From: Dimorphilus gyrociliatus
Lineage: Eukaryota; Animalia; Annelida
Length of the DNA stretch: 64,000 bases
Direction of reading: 5' to 3'
Assembly (NCBI GenBank): GCA_904063045.1
Contig: CAJFCJ010000012.1
Location: 1,922,001-1,986,000, forward strand
Position numbers and translations under genes: made by a program. Under the pieces are notes generated by a model, which saw only the letters and a program-made list of their open reading frames with translations, made no database searches and was not told the origin of the DNA. Below are positions 35,610-48,247 of this stretch, piece after piece (position 1 is the stretch's first letter; every line of letters starts with the position of its first letter).

Positions 35610-38600
35610 TTAGTATTCATTAGACCGGCAATTGATTGGAAATTCCTGAGATCCAGTCTGTACCTGTTCAATTTGCTGCCTTCTACAGTCATTATGCAGA
35701 TTTACTAATGTGTTGAGCACCGATTTTACTTGGTCGATATCTTGTATGTTCTTTTCATTTTCAACCAGAAAATGTAGAACTTTTTCGAAATCCTTTTCTA
35801 TATTTTCACAAAGTTCCGCACCTGTTGGGGAACTTATACTAGGGCAAGTAGTTGGTTGGCAACCGTTTTCGTCCTGTCTTCCGCAGCACAAAAATCTTCA
35901 AAAGGAAAGGAATGAGTTAAGGAAACAAGACTTTTGACTTTTAAAGTAATACTTTACCTTCCTTTACGGGTAATACCAGGATGGTAATGAACAAGGCGGT
36001 TAGTATTGCAGGAAGTAGCTAAATGTAATACCTTCTTCCAGTCATCTCTCTCTTTACGATTCTTCGCTTGCAAGTACAATTTAACAATAGAAGTACCGCC
36101 ATAAACAATTTGTAACATGTTCTTTTTTCCAAATGATGCTTCCGAGAGATCTTCAATAGCCAAGATGTCCAGTAAACGTATTTCCTGCATTTTTCCATTA
36201 CCTCTACGATATCTGAATGATCTTGGAGTGAGGGAAAAGAATCTTGAATAAAAGCTTAAACGAAAGAGAGTGTTCCCTCGTGATTTCTTATTCAATATTC
36301 CTTCTTTCAAAACAGTGTCATTTGATGAATTGTTACCCTGTAAGTCTTTAGGCACAGTACAAACAGTCCCAAGGAAATCCTTGACCAATGTAAGATACTT
36401 TGGGTGTTCATTTAATAGGTCATTTAGAAAATTTGCCATAAAATCCTCTTTAAAAGCTACTGAGTTTTTACGCCTAGTGCACACAAGGTTACCTGAAAAA
36501 AAAAAGAAAAAATAAAAGTAGAGAATAATTAAGGTCAATTGTTAACTTTGAATAGATCGTAGTGAAGGAGTCTAAAAATAATTTTTACCTAAGCTTTGTA
36601 TACTCTTGCTGATTAGTGTCAAGGTTCTTCCTGTCATACAATCAGGTGTATCACTTCGAATTTCAAACAATTTTGGATTGACAATGGCCGGTGCAAAAAA
36701 ACGGAGAAAGACAAAACTACTAACAATCTGATTTTGTAAATCTTCAAGATTGTTATTACTAAATTTATTTACAGCCAAATCGCGTAGGTCGCTTAAAACT
36801 TGAGAGACGACCGAAGGGAAATTCTTTCCAGACGATAGGATGGCGTCCATTATGTCTATGACATAATTACGAAGAAGTTGATTACTAGATTGTATTTCTT
36901 TTTCAGATTTCGCTTTTAAGGGGTCAATTTCACAGTATCTATTATGAAAGAATAATAAATATATTGTATAACCATCTATATATGAAAAATGTTTTTCTAG
37001 AACTCACTTATGGTCGTTATATATTCTATCAATTACACATTTTATAGTAGCACTTAGATATCGTCTCCCAGCGACGAACATCAGCTCACCAACACACTTA
37101 CTGAGAACAGAATCTGACCTCCAAATTGAACTCACTTCGTCAATTGAATTTGTTTCCATTGTTGCGAAATGTTTAATGAGATCGACTATCTTTGAATTTT
37201 TATACATGATTCTTAATAGAGGTCGAGTTATCCTCTTTCTTTCGTCGTCTGCGCTAAAGAGATGATAGGCTAAGTCTTGATTTTGAATAAGAACCCTTTC
37301 GAATTCTTTATAGGCTTCCGAAGGAAGTATCTGATTAAATAGAACAATTTTTTTTTATCATAAAACAAATATACAAAACAAATAAGCAACTGCTTTTAAA
37401 GTAGCCGCGTCTTACCTGATGCTTATTATAGTCAATATTTAACCTTAAATGACCTCCAGAATCAGATATGTCTTTGCGGGGTTGCAAAGCGTACCAGGCG
37501 TCATGTTTGGTCTGCGGAACGTCTGATAATTTTAATCGAACTTCTCCCAAAAATTCTGATGAACTTGATATATTCTTCTGTTCCTCTTGAAATAATGTTA
37601 TTTCTAATTGATAATCAGGTACATGTTCTGGGCTGTAATGAGACACTGGATTGGTTGTATCCGAATCATACGGAAATTGGCATTGATATTCAAATTTTGG
37701 GCAGTTGGTTCCTTTTTTTGGGGGGCACTTGAATTTGGTTGGTTTTTTTCCAGCTCCTTTAAGTAAACTTATACAAGCAGATGGAGTGCAGTTTTTAATG
37801 TTTGTGCAGGCTAAATTTTTGGCCTCTATTAACTTAACTACTAATTGTTGTTTGACACCAGTGCTTGGTGGACTGAACTGTATAAAGGAAAAAAAATAAA
37901 TGGCACTGTTAATTAAAGGTTTTTTGAAAGTTCTATTATAGCGTTGAATTAAACTTCCGGTCAATTGTGTATATTTCCATCCCATCATACGCTTCGAATA
38001 GGCTATAGATAGCTATTCTAAAACCACTAGGGGATATTGATATAATTAACGCTATTTTGACGTTAGTAAATAATAAGCACCTATTACATATTAGTATTTT
38101 AGATTGTTATTTTATCATATATGCCTATATTAAATTACCCTATTATAAACCTAGTAGAATACAGCAATAGAAATAGGAAGAAAAGCCTTTGGTATCTATT
38201 TAACAATCAATTTTGTTTTTTATACGCATACAAAGGTTTTCAGCTGTCTATGCGAAAGACGAATGTAAAAGAGTAAAAAAAAAAATCACATTCATAAAAT
38301 CAGATACGCCTACTACATTTACGATTTGTGTGAATTCACTAATTTTTAACTAAATTCATAATCAAGCCTACAAATGCCTAGATTTATGTCAATATTTTCA
38401 CTTTGCCCACTCTTCTTTATTGGAATAAAAATAACACAGCTAAATCTCATTTCTGTATTCAATTTTTATGAAAAATTCAATGTGTACGTAAAATACACAC
38501 ATGACTGATAGGGGAAATATATATATATATACACTGTATATCTTATCAAACTGGAACATCAAATATAATCTATACGGCTCGTTTTTATTATATCTACTTA

Positions 38601-39260
38601 TTACTGATTGCGTCACTTGTGGTTAACTAGATATCTATTAATTCTATTATTTTGTAACTAGAGATTCCCTATCCATTTCAATTAAAATTACAAAAAAAGA
38701 TGTTAACAATATATTATTTTTTAGTTTCCACCAATAGCCATTCATAAAAATCTCGCTTTCAAATAGTATTTGTGCTTTATTATTTTTAAGGATAGTCCTA
38801 ACCTCTATCCGGGTTCGTTTTTGCAAAAAATCATTGAAATCATCACACTTACCGGTTCAGTTTGCAAGACTTGCATGAATGATAATTCTATATGTATGGA
38901 TCCTTCAGCTTCGAAACGATTTTCTGCAGGTTTCAAAGGAAACCAGTTATCCCCCTTGTAGTCTTTTAGATCTTCCTTTCTCAAATTGACTTTTCCCAAA
39001 ACTTTATCCTTGTGAGCTGCTTTTTCGAACACAACAACTGATAAATTATTCCCTAAGAGGAATGGTTCTTGAAAATCACAATCAAATGTTTCATTGTAGT
39101 AGGGATTTGTCTCTTTTCCTCTCACTACAGTCTCGAATACATACTCGTTACCGAGTTTTAACTTGCAAAATGTTCGAATTTGTGCCGGCGACTCTCCCCG
39201 CAACTCCTTCGCCTCAATTATATGAATTTTTAATGTCTCGTACACTGTTGCCGTCGTCAT
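35610..39260 (-). CDS. RASA3: GAP1-family Ras GTPase-activating protein (RASA2/RASA3-like), 787 aa
   Basis: Exons 39260-38853, 37877-37416, 37330-37008, 36938-36589, 36492-35958 and 35895-35610. Domain order is C2A-C2B-RasGAP (FVFLRFFAPAIVNP)-PH-BTK motif (YHPG...CCGR...GCQP). RASA2 versus RASA3 cannot be resolved. Confidence 0.88.
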
Positions 39261-39300
39261 GATGCAGGGCCTATGTAGATTATTTGACCGTTAATTCACT

Positions 39301-39495
39301 TGGCGCGCCGTTTTGTCTGGCGGCCATTTTTAAGTTATCGTGAAGCGTTCGTATTTACTATCAGGTTAGACATTTGTGTCGTATAGTTTTTATTTGGCAA
39401 TCACATTAAAAAACATAAATGAATGTTGTATTTTAAATGTTTTTTTACGAAAACAATCACTTTCGAGATTCAATGCAAAAAATAAGACCGGAAGT
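39301..39495. promoter_or_regulatory. RASA/FBXW7 bidirectional promoter elements
   Basis: GGCGCGCC palindrome, YY1-like GGCGGCCATTTT (about 39319-39330), and a perfect ETS site ACCGGAAGT (39487-39495). Confidence 0.45.
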
Positions 39496-39751
39496 AGAAC
39501 TGATAATTTGGTTTGTGTGGCGTTTTTCCGATATGTGATTTTGTTTGCACATTTTTCACTTTTTGGGAGGTTTTTTTTATGAAAAAACTTATTTTGTGTA
39601 CATGCTGGACATTGCTTTTCCTGATTCTTTCTTCGTAAGGTTAGTGTTTTGTGAACTTCGATTTATTTTACCCTTGGCGTCACACTCTTGTTGGGGTCGA
39701 CGTTGATGTTTTGTATATTTTGACTGGATTTAATTTGACTTCAAATCGTAG

Positions 39752-41428
39752 ATGCCTCCGAAGAGAATTAATTTAAATGCAGCAACTGAGGAGGATTTAG
39801 TTTCATTACCAGGGATTGGCGAATCGAAAGCTAAAGCTATTGTATCGCATCGTCACAGTGTAGGCCATTTTCGGTCTTTGGAGGAATTAAATTGCGTGAA
39901 AGGATTTGGAAGCAGCACAATACAGACTTTAAAGAATAAACTATTTTGCAAACCGTTAATGAAACGTAAAAGTGACAGCAAAGAGGAGAGCAAGAAAAAA
40001 CGCATATGCAAAACGATGAATATCGAGAAGTGGCTCAATGCGTTTCGTAGCTTTAGCGTTTCAGAACAAAGTGACGCTCTAGAACAATTAGTACAAAATT
40101 GCGCTCCATCTCAAGCAAAAAGTCTAATGGCTAGTCTAGAGAGTCAATTTCAACGTGATTTCATATCTTTATTACCTAAAGAGTTGGCTTTATATGTCCT
40201 CTCTTTCTTATCCGCTAGAGATTTAGTGAAAGCAGCACAAACATGCAGATACTGGCTAGTATTGGTTGACGATAACCTCCTTTGGAAGGAAAAATGCGAA
40301 GAAGATGGTGTTTTAATAAGACAGACTCCCTCTTTTAAGAAACTCTACCTCGAACAATTAAATATCGAGCACAATTGGAAAACTATGCCCACCGATGATC
40401 CCCTTGTTTTAAAGGGACACGACGATCACGTTATAACCTGTCTAGAATATTCTGGCGACCGTATTGTCAGTGGATCCGATGATAATACACTTAAAGTATG
40501 GAACTCCAAAACCGGAATGTGTGTTTTGACTCTGCAAGGTCATACTGGCGGTGTTTGGTGCTCCCAGATAATGGACAATAAATTAATAAGTGGATCTACT
40601 GATCGGACTTTACGAGTATGGGATATTGAGACTGGGGAATGTTTGCATACATTATATGGTCACTCGTCGACCGTTCGATGTTTGCACTGGCATGACGAGC
40701 TGGTTGTGTCCGGATCACGTGACGCCACGTTGCGAATTTGGCACGTACTGCGAGGAGAATGCGTGAAAACTCTTATAGGTCACGTAGCAGCCGTCCGTTG
40801 CGTTCAGTATGACGGTAGGAGGGTAGTTTCTGGAGCTTATGATTTTACAGTCAGAATCTGGGATCCGGAAACGGAAGCTTGTCTCCACGAACTTCAAGGT
40901 CATACGAATAGGGTTTATTCTTTACAGTTCGACGGTACCTATATTGTTAGCGGTTCGTTAGATACTTCCATACGAGTTTGGCATGCAGAGAGTGGACGAT
41001 GCTTACACCAGTTAACTGGACACCAGTCTCTCACATCAAAAATGCAGTTGCGCAATAAATTATTAGTCTCCGGCAATGCTGATTCTACGGTAAAAATCTG
41101 GGATGTGGCAAGAGGAGAGTGCTTACATACGCTGGCTGGTCCTCATAAGCATGTCTCTGCCGTCACCTGTTTGCAATTGACACGCCATTTTGTTATTACC
41201 TCATCTGATGATGGCACTGTTAAATTGTGGAATTTGGAAACAGGAGAATGGCTGAGAGATTTAATAAATTTATCATCTGGAGGAAGTGGTGGTGTTGTTT
41301 GGAGAGTGCAATCGACTGATAGCACTTTGGTTTGTGCAGTTGGTTCAAGAAACGGAACTGAAGAGACCAAACTCTTAGTACTCGATTTTAAAGAGTCTTA
41401 TGTAGGCTCAACTCACAACAAACTGTGA
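39752..41428 (+). CDS. FBXW7: FBXW7 (F-box/WD40, CDC4 family) with an N-terminal ComEA-type double helix-hairpin-helix domain; single coding exon, 558 aa
   Basis: aa 5-66: INLNAATEEDLVSLPGIGESKAKAIV...FRSLEELNCVKGFG. A bipartite NLS follows, then the D-domain, the F-box (DFISLLPKELALYVLSFL) and 8 WD40 repeats. Equivalents of the phosphodegron arginines R465/R479/R505 are intact (STVRC, GSRDA, AAVRC). Confidence 0.95.
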   Translation: MPPKRINLNAATEEDLVSLPGIGESKAKAIVSHRHSVGHFRSLEELNCVKGFGSSTIQTLKNKLFCKPLMKRKSDSKEESKKKRICKTMNIEKWLNAFRSFSVSEQSDALEQLVQNCAPSQAKSLMASLESQFQRDFISLLPKELALYVLSFLSARDLVKAAQTCRYWLVLVDDNLLWKEKCEEDGVLIRQTPSFKKLYLEQLNIEHNWKTMPTDDPLVLKGHDDHVITCLEYSGDRIVSGSDDNTLKVWNSKTGMCVLTLQGHTGGVWCSQIMDNKLISGSTDRTLRVWDIETGECLHTLYGHSSTVRCLHWHDELVVSGSRDATLRIWHVLRGECVKTLIGHVAAVRCVQYDGRRVVSGAYDFTVRIWDPETEACLHELQGHTNRVYSLQFDGTYIVSGSLDTSIRVWHAESGRCLHQLTGHQSLTSKMQLRNKLLVSGNADSTVKIWDVARGECLHTLAGPHKHVSAVTCLQLTRHFVITSSDDGTVKLWNLETGEWLRDLINLSSGGSGGVVWRVQSTDSTLVCAVGSRNGTEETKLLVLDFKESYVGSTHNKL

Positions 41429-41669
41429 TACGCATCTGTGTTTTACTTTTTTAAAAATCTAATTACTTTTTTTTTATTTACTTTGTCCAAACTAATAGAG
41501 TTTTATATTGTTTTTTTGTCAATTGTATTTTTTCTTTTTTTTTTTCGCATGTAGACATTTTATAATCGTGCGTTACTCGTCCAAAAAAAATTTTAAATAT
41601 TTCCCATTTTATTGTACATTTAAAAAACAGAAAAACAAAAAGGTACAAAAACAATAAAAGAATTTAGAT

Positions 41670-42113
41670 TCAAAGCCTCGCGGCATTGGCAATAATTTTA
41701 TTTCGTTGTATTGCAACTCTGACAACATTTATAGTTAATTCGACTGAATAGTAAAAAAGGAACAACCAGGCTGGTATTAGAATGAAGTAGTATTTGAAAT
41801 TTTCATAAATTTCCATCTTCAAGCAAAATAATACTTCGAATAAAGTTTTGGATATAATTGTTGCTATATAAAAACAAGTTTTTGTCCTCGAAACGTGAGA
41901 TTCACGAGATCTATGGTTCGGAGGGTAGCCGTTTTTGCAATATTTAGCTAGGTAGATCGCTAAATCTAAAAGAACAGCTAGGTCCCATATCCAAACTGGA
42001 ATAAAAACTAAGAACCAATTCCAAATTATTTTCTTGTCTAACTTTAATGCAAGAAATATACAAAATAATAGCATTACGAGCCAAGAAAGTAAAACTCTGC
42101 GTACAAACGACAT
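41670..42113 (-). CDS. TMEM60: Transmembrane protein 60
   Basis: Single exon from the ATG at 42113: MSFVRRVLLSWL...LALKLDKKIIWNWFLVFIPVWIWD, matching the TMEM60/TMEM185 family. Confidence 0.9.
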   Translation of the reverse strand: MSFVRRVLLSWLVMLLFCIFLALKLDKKIIWNWFLVFIPVWIWDLAVLLDLAIYLAKYCKNGYPPNHRSRESHVSRTKTCFYIATIISKTLFEVLFCLKMEIYENFKYYFILIPAWLFLFYYSVELTINVVRVAIQRNKIIANAARL

Positions 42114-42630
42114 TCTCTTGACATTATCGCTCACTATGGTCACCTGTTCCACTCAATTAGGTATTCAGTCATTTTAACATCGAAAAAGTAACTTCCCGGC
42201 ATACTGTTTCCGTCTTCCATTTTGATTTATCGCCTGGTGCCGTTTTGACTAAATATTGTCGATTATCGAAGATCGAAAATTACGATATTCTTCTAAATAT
42301 ATTAGAAATTACGATCTCATTATATTTATTAATTTGGAATTTAAAAGTATTATGATTTTCTTTTTTTTTTAACTTACTGTAAGCAGGTTAAATTCTGAAT
42401 GAACTATACTTGAGGAGTTACTATGAAAGAAGGCCTATTTAAAAGCTTTTAGGGAATATGCTTTGAAAACGATAACCTCCTAATCGAATTCGACGATTTT
42501 ATTCATATAATCTTATATATCGATATCACCACGATTAATTTGTACCACCATCGATTTGATTTGCGACAATATCATTTTTTAGCGATTTAGTTTAAAAGAA
42601 TTTCCCTTTCTCCCTCGTTTTCTCTGAAAC

Positions 42631-45393
42631 ATGGCTGGAGGCAGGGGAAGGGGAGCCAGAACCAGCAGAGGAAATGGGAGAGGAGGTAATATCGTAGTTT
42701 CTCGTTAAAGATCTTAACAACGATTACTAAAGAGCCGGGTATGATAGTAAAGGGAATAAATATAGGCTTTAAAATTATATTTTAATTAAATTATTTTATC
42801 AATCACTGTTTGTAAGAGGTATAACATAATTAAGATTTTGTAGTGTCGTATTTCAGAATTTAAACGTTGATTTTCTAACACTATTTTATATAAAGTAAAT
42901 AATTTTTAGTTTTTGTTTTTGTATGTCATCCTAATTATGCATAAATCGTATCTATATGAATTCTACAAATATCTCAGTATTGTTCCCAATTGTTAGTCCT
43001 ATACATTTGAAAGGATTGAGCTTTATAATTATATCGTGTTATTATATTTTTCTATTATTATTTATGATTATTCAAGGATAAAGAATTTTAATTACTTAGA
43101 AAGTTTTCTATATAAATCATATTGTGGAAATTTACGATGTATACCCCCTTAAGATGTTATTACTGATATTAATGACACTTGGTTACACACATTCATTTTG
43201 TTTATGTGCTTTAGTTTTTGTTTTGCAGTATAATTTTTTTTCTCTCATTAGGCTCTATGAAGGGCGGGAGAGGTATGCCACCGATGGGAGGACGTGCACC
43301 TATGGATGCTCCCAATAAAGCTCCACCTCCACTTTTACCTAGAGGACCAATGCCTCGTGGAATGAGAATGCAAGGAAGAGGCGGTCCTCTTCGTCCCCCG
43401 CCGCCTCCGATGATGGCTAGAGGAATGATGAGGCCAATGGGTCCAAGGCCAATGCCAAATCCGGTATTTAGAGGACGAGGACGAGGTATGCCACCTCCTA
43501 TGCCTCCTGCCAACTTTGGATTTGATCGAGAGCGAGAGCATCCTTTGTATAATAGAGTCTTTGTTATTAGTAATCCTGGATATATGGAGGAAGATTATAG
43601 AAACGCTTTTTCAAAGTATGGTGATATTCAATATTATAAACAAGTTGATAAAGAAGGAAAAAAAAGTTGGTACTCTTTTATTTTAAGTAGTAAAATATGG
43701 ATTAAAAAAAGAACATAAATATGGTCACATTTTCTGATTTCAACAGCTTTTACCTATATAACATATAGAAGAGCCTCAGAGGCAGCTTTAGCTATTGAAG
43801 AAATGAATGGTAAGCCATTAAATGAAGGCTCAACAAACCGCGTTAGAGTAAGTAAACTAGAAGTAACAAAAAATAAGAAAGAAAAGACTGAAAATTGAAT
43901 GCTTTCTCTTACTTTTAGTGTTTATTGGCAACTAGCAAGGAAACAAGAGAAAATCAAGACAAATACGAAGAAAAAGGAAAGAGAATTTTAGTTTCCGTAG
44001 GTGTTGCAAAAACTGTTGATGAGATTAAAGCAGACTTTAAGGTTTTTCAATTAATAATCACAAATACGCTTTTGAATTATATAGTTTTATTCTCTATAGG
44101 AATACGGCGAAGTAGAACATGTGAAGTTATTGACACATAGGGATACTGGAAAATCACGTGGCTCTGCTTTCGTTACCTTTAAGCGACCCTATTGCGCTGC
44201 AATGGCATTAGAAAATCTCTCGAAAAGCTATCGACCTCAATTTGCTGAAAAGAAGCCAAAATTACCCCCAGAAAACATGATGCCACCCCCTTTCCCTCCT
44301 CAAAATCCACCATTTTCTCCAGCATTCGCTTATGATGATTGTCCCGATATGGCAGAGTACGATATATTTGACCCATCTTACTGCGGAGATTACGGTCCAG
44401 ATTTTGAACCTCCTATGGATAATAGTGGTGCAGAATTTTACAATGAAAACTTGCCAGAAACGGGTCCTAATTTTGCACCGTCACCGTCCCTTAACTCTCA
44501 AATATCTCGTATAGATTCACAACCTAGAATACCACATCCAGCTGATGTAATTAGAAATTTTCCTCACGAAGGAAAGAATGTATTATATGTAACAACGGCC
44601 AATAATGTTAACACTGACAACATTGAACATTTATTTCGAATAATACCCGGTTTTGAATCGTGTTCATTTGATTCTGAATCAGGAGAAGGAACGATAAGAT
44701 ATACAGATTCGTCATGTGCAGCATACGCAAAAGATAGATTGGATGGTTTCGAATATCCGATTAATTATCAACTAACTGTAGACTTTTGCAAACCTGAATC
44801 AAAAGAAACTAAGCATACGGAACCTAATTCGTCAGAAATATCTGAAGACGCAGAAAAGACAAACGATGAAAACTGCAGAGAGAATCATGACGAAAAGAAA
44901 GAGGACACAAAAGAAAAAGAAGACGAAGAAGCAAGTAATGAAGTTAAAGGAGAAGATGAAAAAGATAGTTTTGTGCGTGTTAGATATTGTACTTTTCCCG
45001 TTCCAGATGTTAGAGACATTGTATCGCAGGTTGAATATTAAAAATACGTTGTATAAAACATCTTTGTTAAATATGCTTTTTATATTTCAGATGGAATGCA
45101 AAACTCGGTTATTTATTGTCTCAAAACCTTCATCCTTCGACAATAGTATTATGAAAAATTTATTTTGTAGATATGGTAATTTAATAGACGCTTATTTCCT
45201 TCCTGGTAAAAATTATGGTTTTGCCAAATATGGATGTAATCAAAGTGCTGAGGAAGCTTTATCGGCCATAGACGGAAAAGAAGTTGCTGGGCAATTATTA
45301 AGAGTAGTGTTAGCTGATAATGAAGCTACAACTATAAAACGAGAAGCATCAGACACAAATTCAGACGAACCACTAAATAAAAAATCCAAATAA
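42631..45393 (+). CDS. RBM45: RNA-binding protein 45 (4 RRMs) with an RGG/Pro-Met-rich N-terminal extension, 641 aa
   Basis: Exons 42631-42685, 43252-43665, 43747-43847, 43919-44041, 44100-45029 and 45091-45393. Diagnostic segments: ASEAALAIEEMNGK, EYGEVEHVKLLTHRDTGKSRGSAFVTF, FCRYGNLIDAYFLPGKNYGFAKY. Confidence 0.9.
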
Positions 45394-47350
45394 TAAAATA
45401 ACATTTGAAAAAATATAATGAAAGTATAAGCGTTATAAGCTGCAAGGTGGGTGTGAATTTATGCGTTGTTGTCTTATCGTTAGAAATCCTGCTTTATAGT
45501 TATTTATTTCTAGAGATCTTTTTTTTAAAAGAGAAAAAGGAACAAATTTATCAATATTATACAAAATGTTGGTTTTTTATACATTTTCTCTACATGAATA
45601 CTAAGATATTTTGTCATAAGAGAACATATCAATATACTGTAGATCATTTGGATTAATTAAATAACCTGAATTGTATTCTGTCATAATGATATGTCATCCA
45701 TTTTTTACTTTTAAAAATTGACTATTCATGTAAATTTTTTTACACATGTCTATAGAATGTTAAGTATTTCTATCTTGAGAGAGAAAAAGAAAAACGAGAA
45801 AAGAGGGAGTGAGAGAGAGAATATCAATAATTTCATAAAATGTACATTATACGTTATAAACATAAAATCATTAAATTTAAGAGTGGATTAAAAATAATAT
45901 GTTGGCGTTTAAACTTGATTCACTTTTCAAGGAAATATATCATTTAAATTGATTTTTTTGTTATATATTTTGTTATTTATATATAGTCCTATAACGTCTT
46001 TCTTCTTTTTTTTTACCTCATGTACCATAGAATGAAAAGTTATATCCTATATACCACATAATGTTGATTAATGTTATTTATAGCGTTTTCTTTTACAGTC
46101 AAAATTTAAAGTGGATAAATCCACTTGACAAACTTCTGTTTAAATTCGTTTTTTTTAGCTTTTTTACTATTGATTTCTTTAAATTAATTTCGATTAAATT
46201 ATAAGAAAAAAGCAAAGAAAGAGAGAGAGAGAGAGGTGAGGGTGAGTTAGAAAAAGCTAAAAATTTTATTATGTATTCATTTTCTATCATTTTGTTTTTA
46301 ACAAGTAAAAGGCACCTACGTAATTATCCTTCTATTTCTTTAAGCAATCTTTGCAAGATAAATGAAAGCAATCGTTCGCTAATAAGAAAATGATACATAT
46401 AAAAATATTAAAATGAGAAAAATACGAATATGGCATATCTTTTATTTCTGATTATTTAGTTGAATTGTTAATTTAAAACTATATTTCTAAGAAGTAAAAA
46501 GCAATTTATTATTTATAATAATAATGTTTGAAATTTCTATTGAAAGTATTGTTTTTGGAAACTTTACGTTCTTATTGTAATAATAAATTAAAAGAGAAAT
46601 TTCCAATTTGTTTATTATTAAAGTATTATACATATCAGAAAGAGAATGAAGAACATATGATTATTTTTAGACTTGTTTTATCTTTTCAATATTTCATTAT
46701 CGTGTTTTCTAAGAGCAACATGGCATGTCCTTTCCATATACCATACTATATATAGTATATACTGTATACTGTATACATAAACTAACGAGGTATATTTGTG
46801 TAAATATCGAAAAAAATTAATTATGATGCTTAAATATTGACTGTTTCCTTAAAGATTTTAATTTAATAAAGAAAGAAGCACCTGTAAACAACTCTATAAT
46901 CGTATTACTATCATCATTCTTTATAATTACGCTCTCATATTCGTGTTTCACTCTATAGAATGTAGAAAAAGGAAAAGTTTCATATTAGGTTTAATTCTGA
47001 TTTCATTCTTATTAAAAATAGAAGAAATTTAATGAAACAAATATTTACATGTCACAGAAAGTAGATATTATGTCGTTAATAATATACAGTGTAGTCGACG
47101 AGTATATCGCCTAAATATGGCAGCGAGCCAAATTATCATTACACTTGTATAATTTTAAAACCAACTGTCTTTTACCCCTCATCATTTCTTTGAGTACGTG
47201 TATTATTTATAATTACTGCTATATTACCAGTATAAACTTTAATTCTAAACGCGCTGTATTGATAAGTCAATGACGTAGCGACGACTTATGTCCCCAACCC
47301 GCTCAACGACTAAACTAATTATAAATAAGTAAAGGTATAACAATACTGAA

Positions 47351-48247
47351 ATGCCGAGGAAAAGACCAAATAAAACCACGAGTATCACGATATGGCAAAT
47401 AGTAGAGACAGTAAAGAAAAATTCTTAAGTTTCGTCAGAGCTTTAGATTTTGTCTACGGCGACACCACTCTACAAGGAGGTAATATGGTGCAACAAATCT
47501 TGGACAAAACGGTTCCGTTCCAACCTCAAAAGGTCGCCGATTGGATCGAGTTTAAGGCATTTCTTGCAATGTTGAATTTGCAAAATTATGAAGGACGCCC
47601 TCAATTTGAACAGCTTAGACAGTTCTCAATGAGACTGCCCTCTGACATTCAAACCAAATCATAATCTCAACTAATAAATATCTGGACGATTTTGGTTCAG
47701 TTGTAGAAGAGATAGGTCACTATGTATCGAAGGTCATTAAAGGGATTGAAAGGGGAACGTATATATGTGAAGATAAAGAAATAAGCGTCGCTAGGCAAAG
47801 CCCCCCCTCCCCCGAACCATAGACCCTTGGCACATGTCGAACAGAAAAATAAGGCGAAGACTCAAGCTTCGAGCAAAGAATACAGATGTCTGTGTGATGA
47901 AAATCACCTATGTTTGGCCTATTGCCCGATTTACATCAATCTTGATGTGAAAGGAAGACAGAGAATGGTTCAAAGGTTCCACAGATGCCAGAACTGCCTA
48001 CGAGATGGGCATACCAGGGAAAAATGTCCGTCAAAATTCAATTGCAAAAAATGCAACCAAGCTCATCACACGACGTTATATCATAGAGGCAATGGTCCCG
48101 AAAACGACATCTGCCATCAACTATAATCAATTAAAGGAAAAGCAAGAAAGAATGGCCGTATATGAGACAACAGTACAATTCCAGCGTCTGGTAAATCAAC
48201 AAATCACAAAATTACCGCCCTCATCACCGGAGCAGCAGTGTCCCTGA
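47351..48247 (+). mobile_element. Decayed Bel/Pao LTR-retrotransposon gag fragment
   Basis: Triple zinc-knuckle typical of Bel/Pao gag: CLCDENHLCLAYC...RCQNCLRDGHTREKCPSKFNCKKCNQAHHTTLYH. Upstream frames are broken by stops and frameshifts; no pol or paired LTRs are seen. Confidence 0.75.

Noticed and set aside
35426-35692. 88-aa minus-strand ORF overlapping the RASA end
   Set aside because: It is an alternative frame of the last exon and 3'UTR, with no domain or start context.
47090-47130. Possible 5' LTR start and tRNA primer-binding site (TGGCAGCG)
   Set aside because: No second LTR copy is present in the window, and the 8-mer also fits a YY1-like AANATGGC motif.
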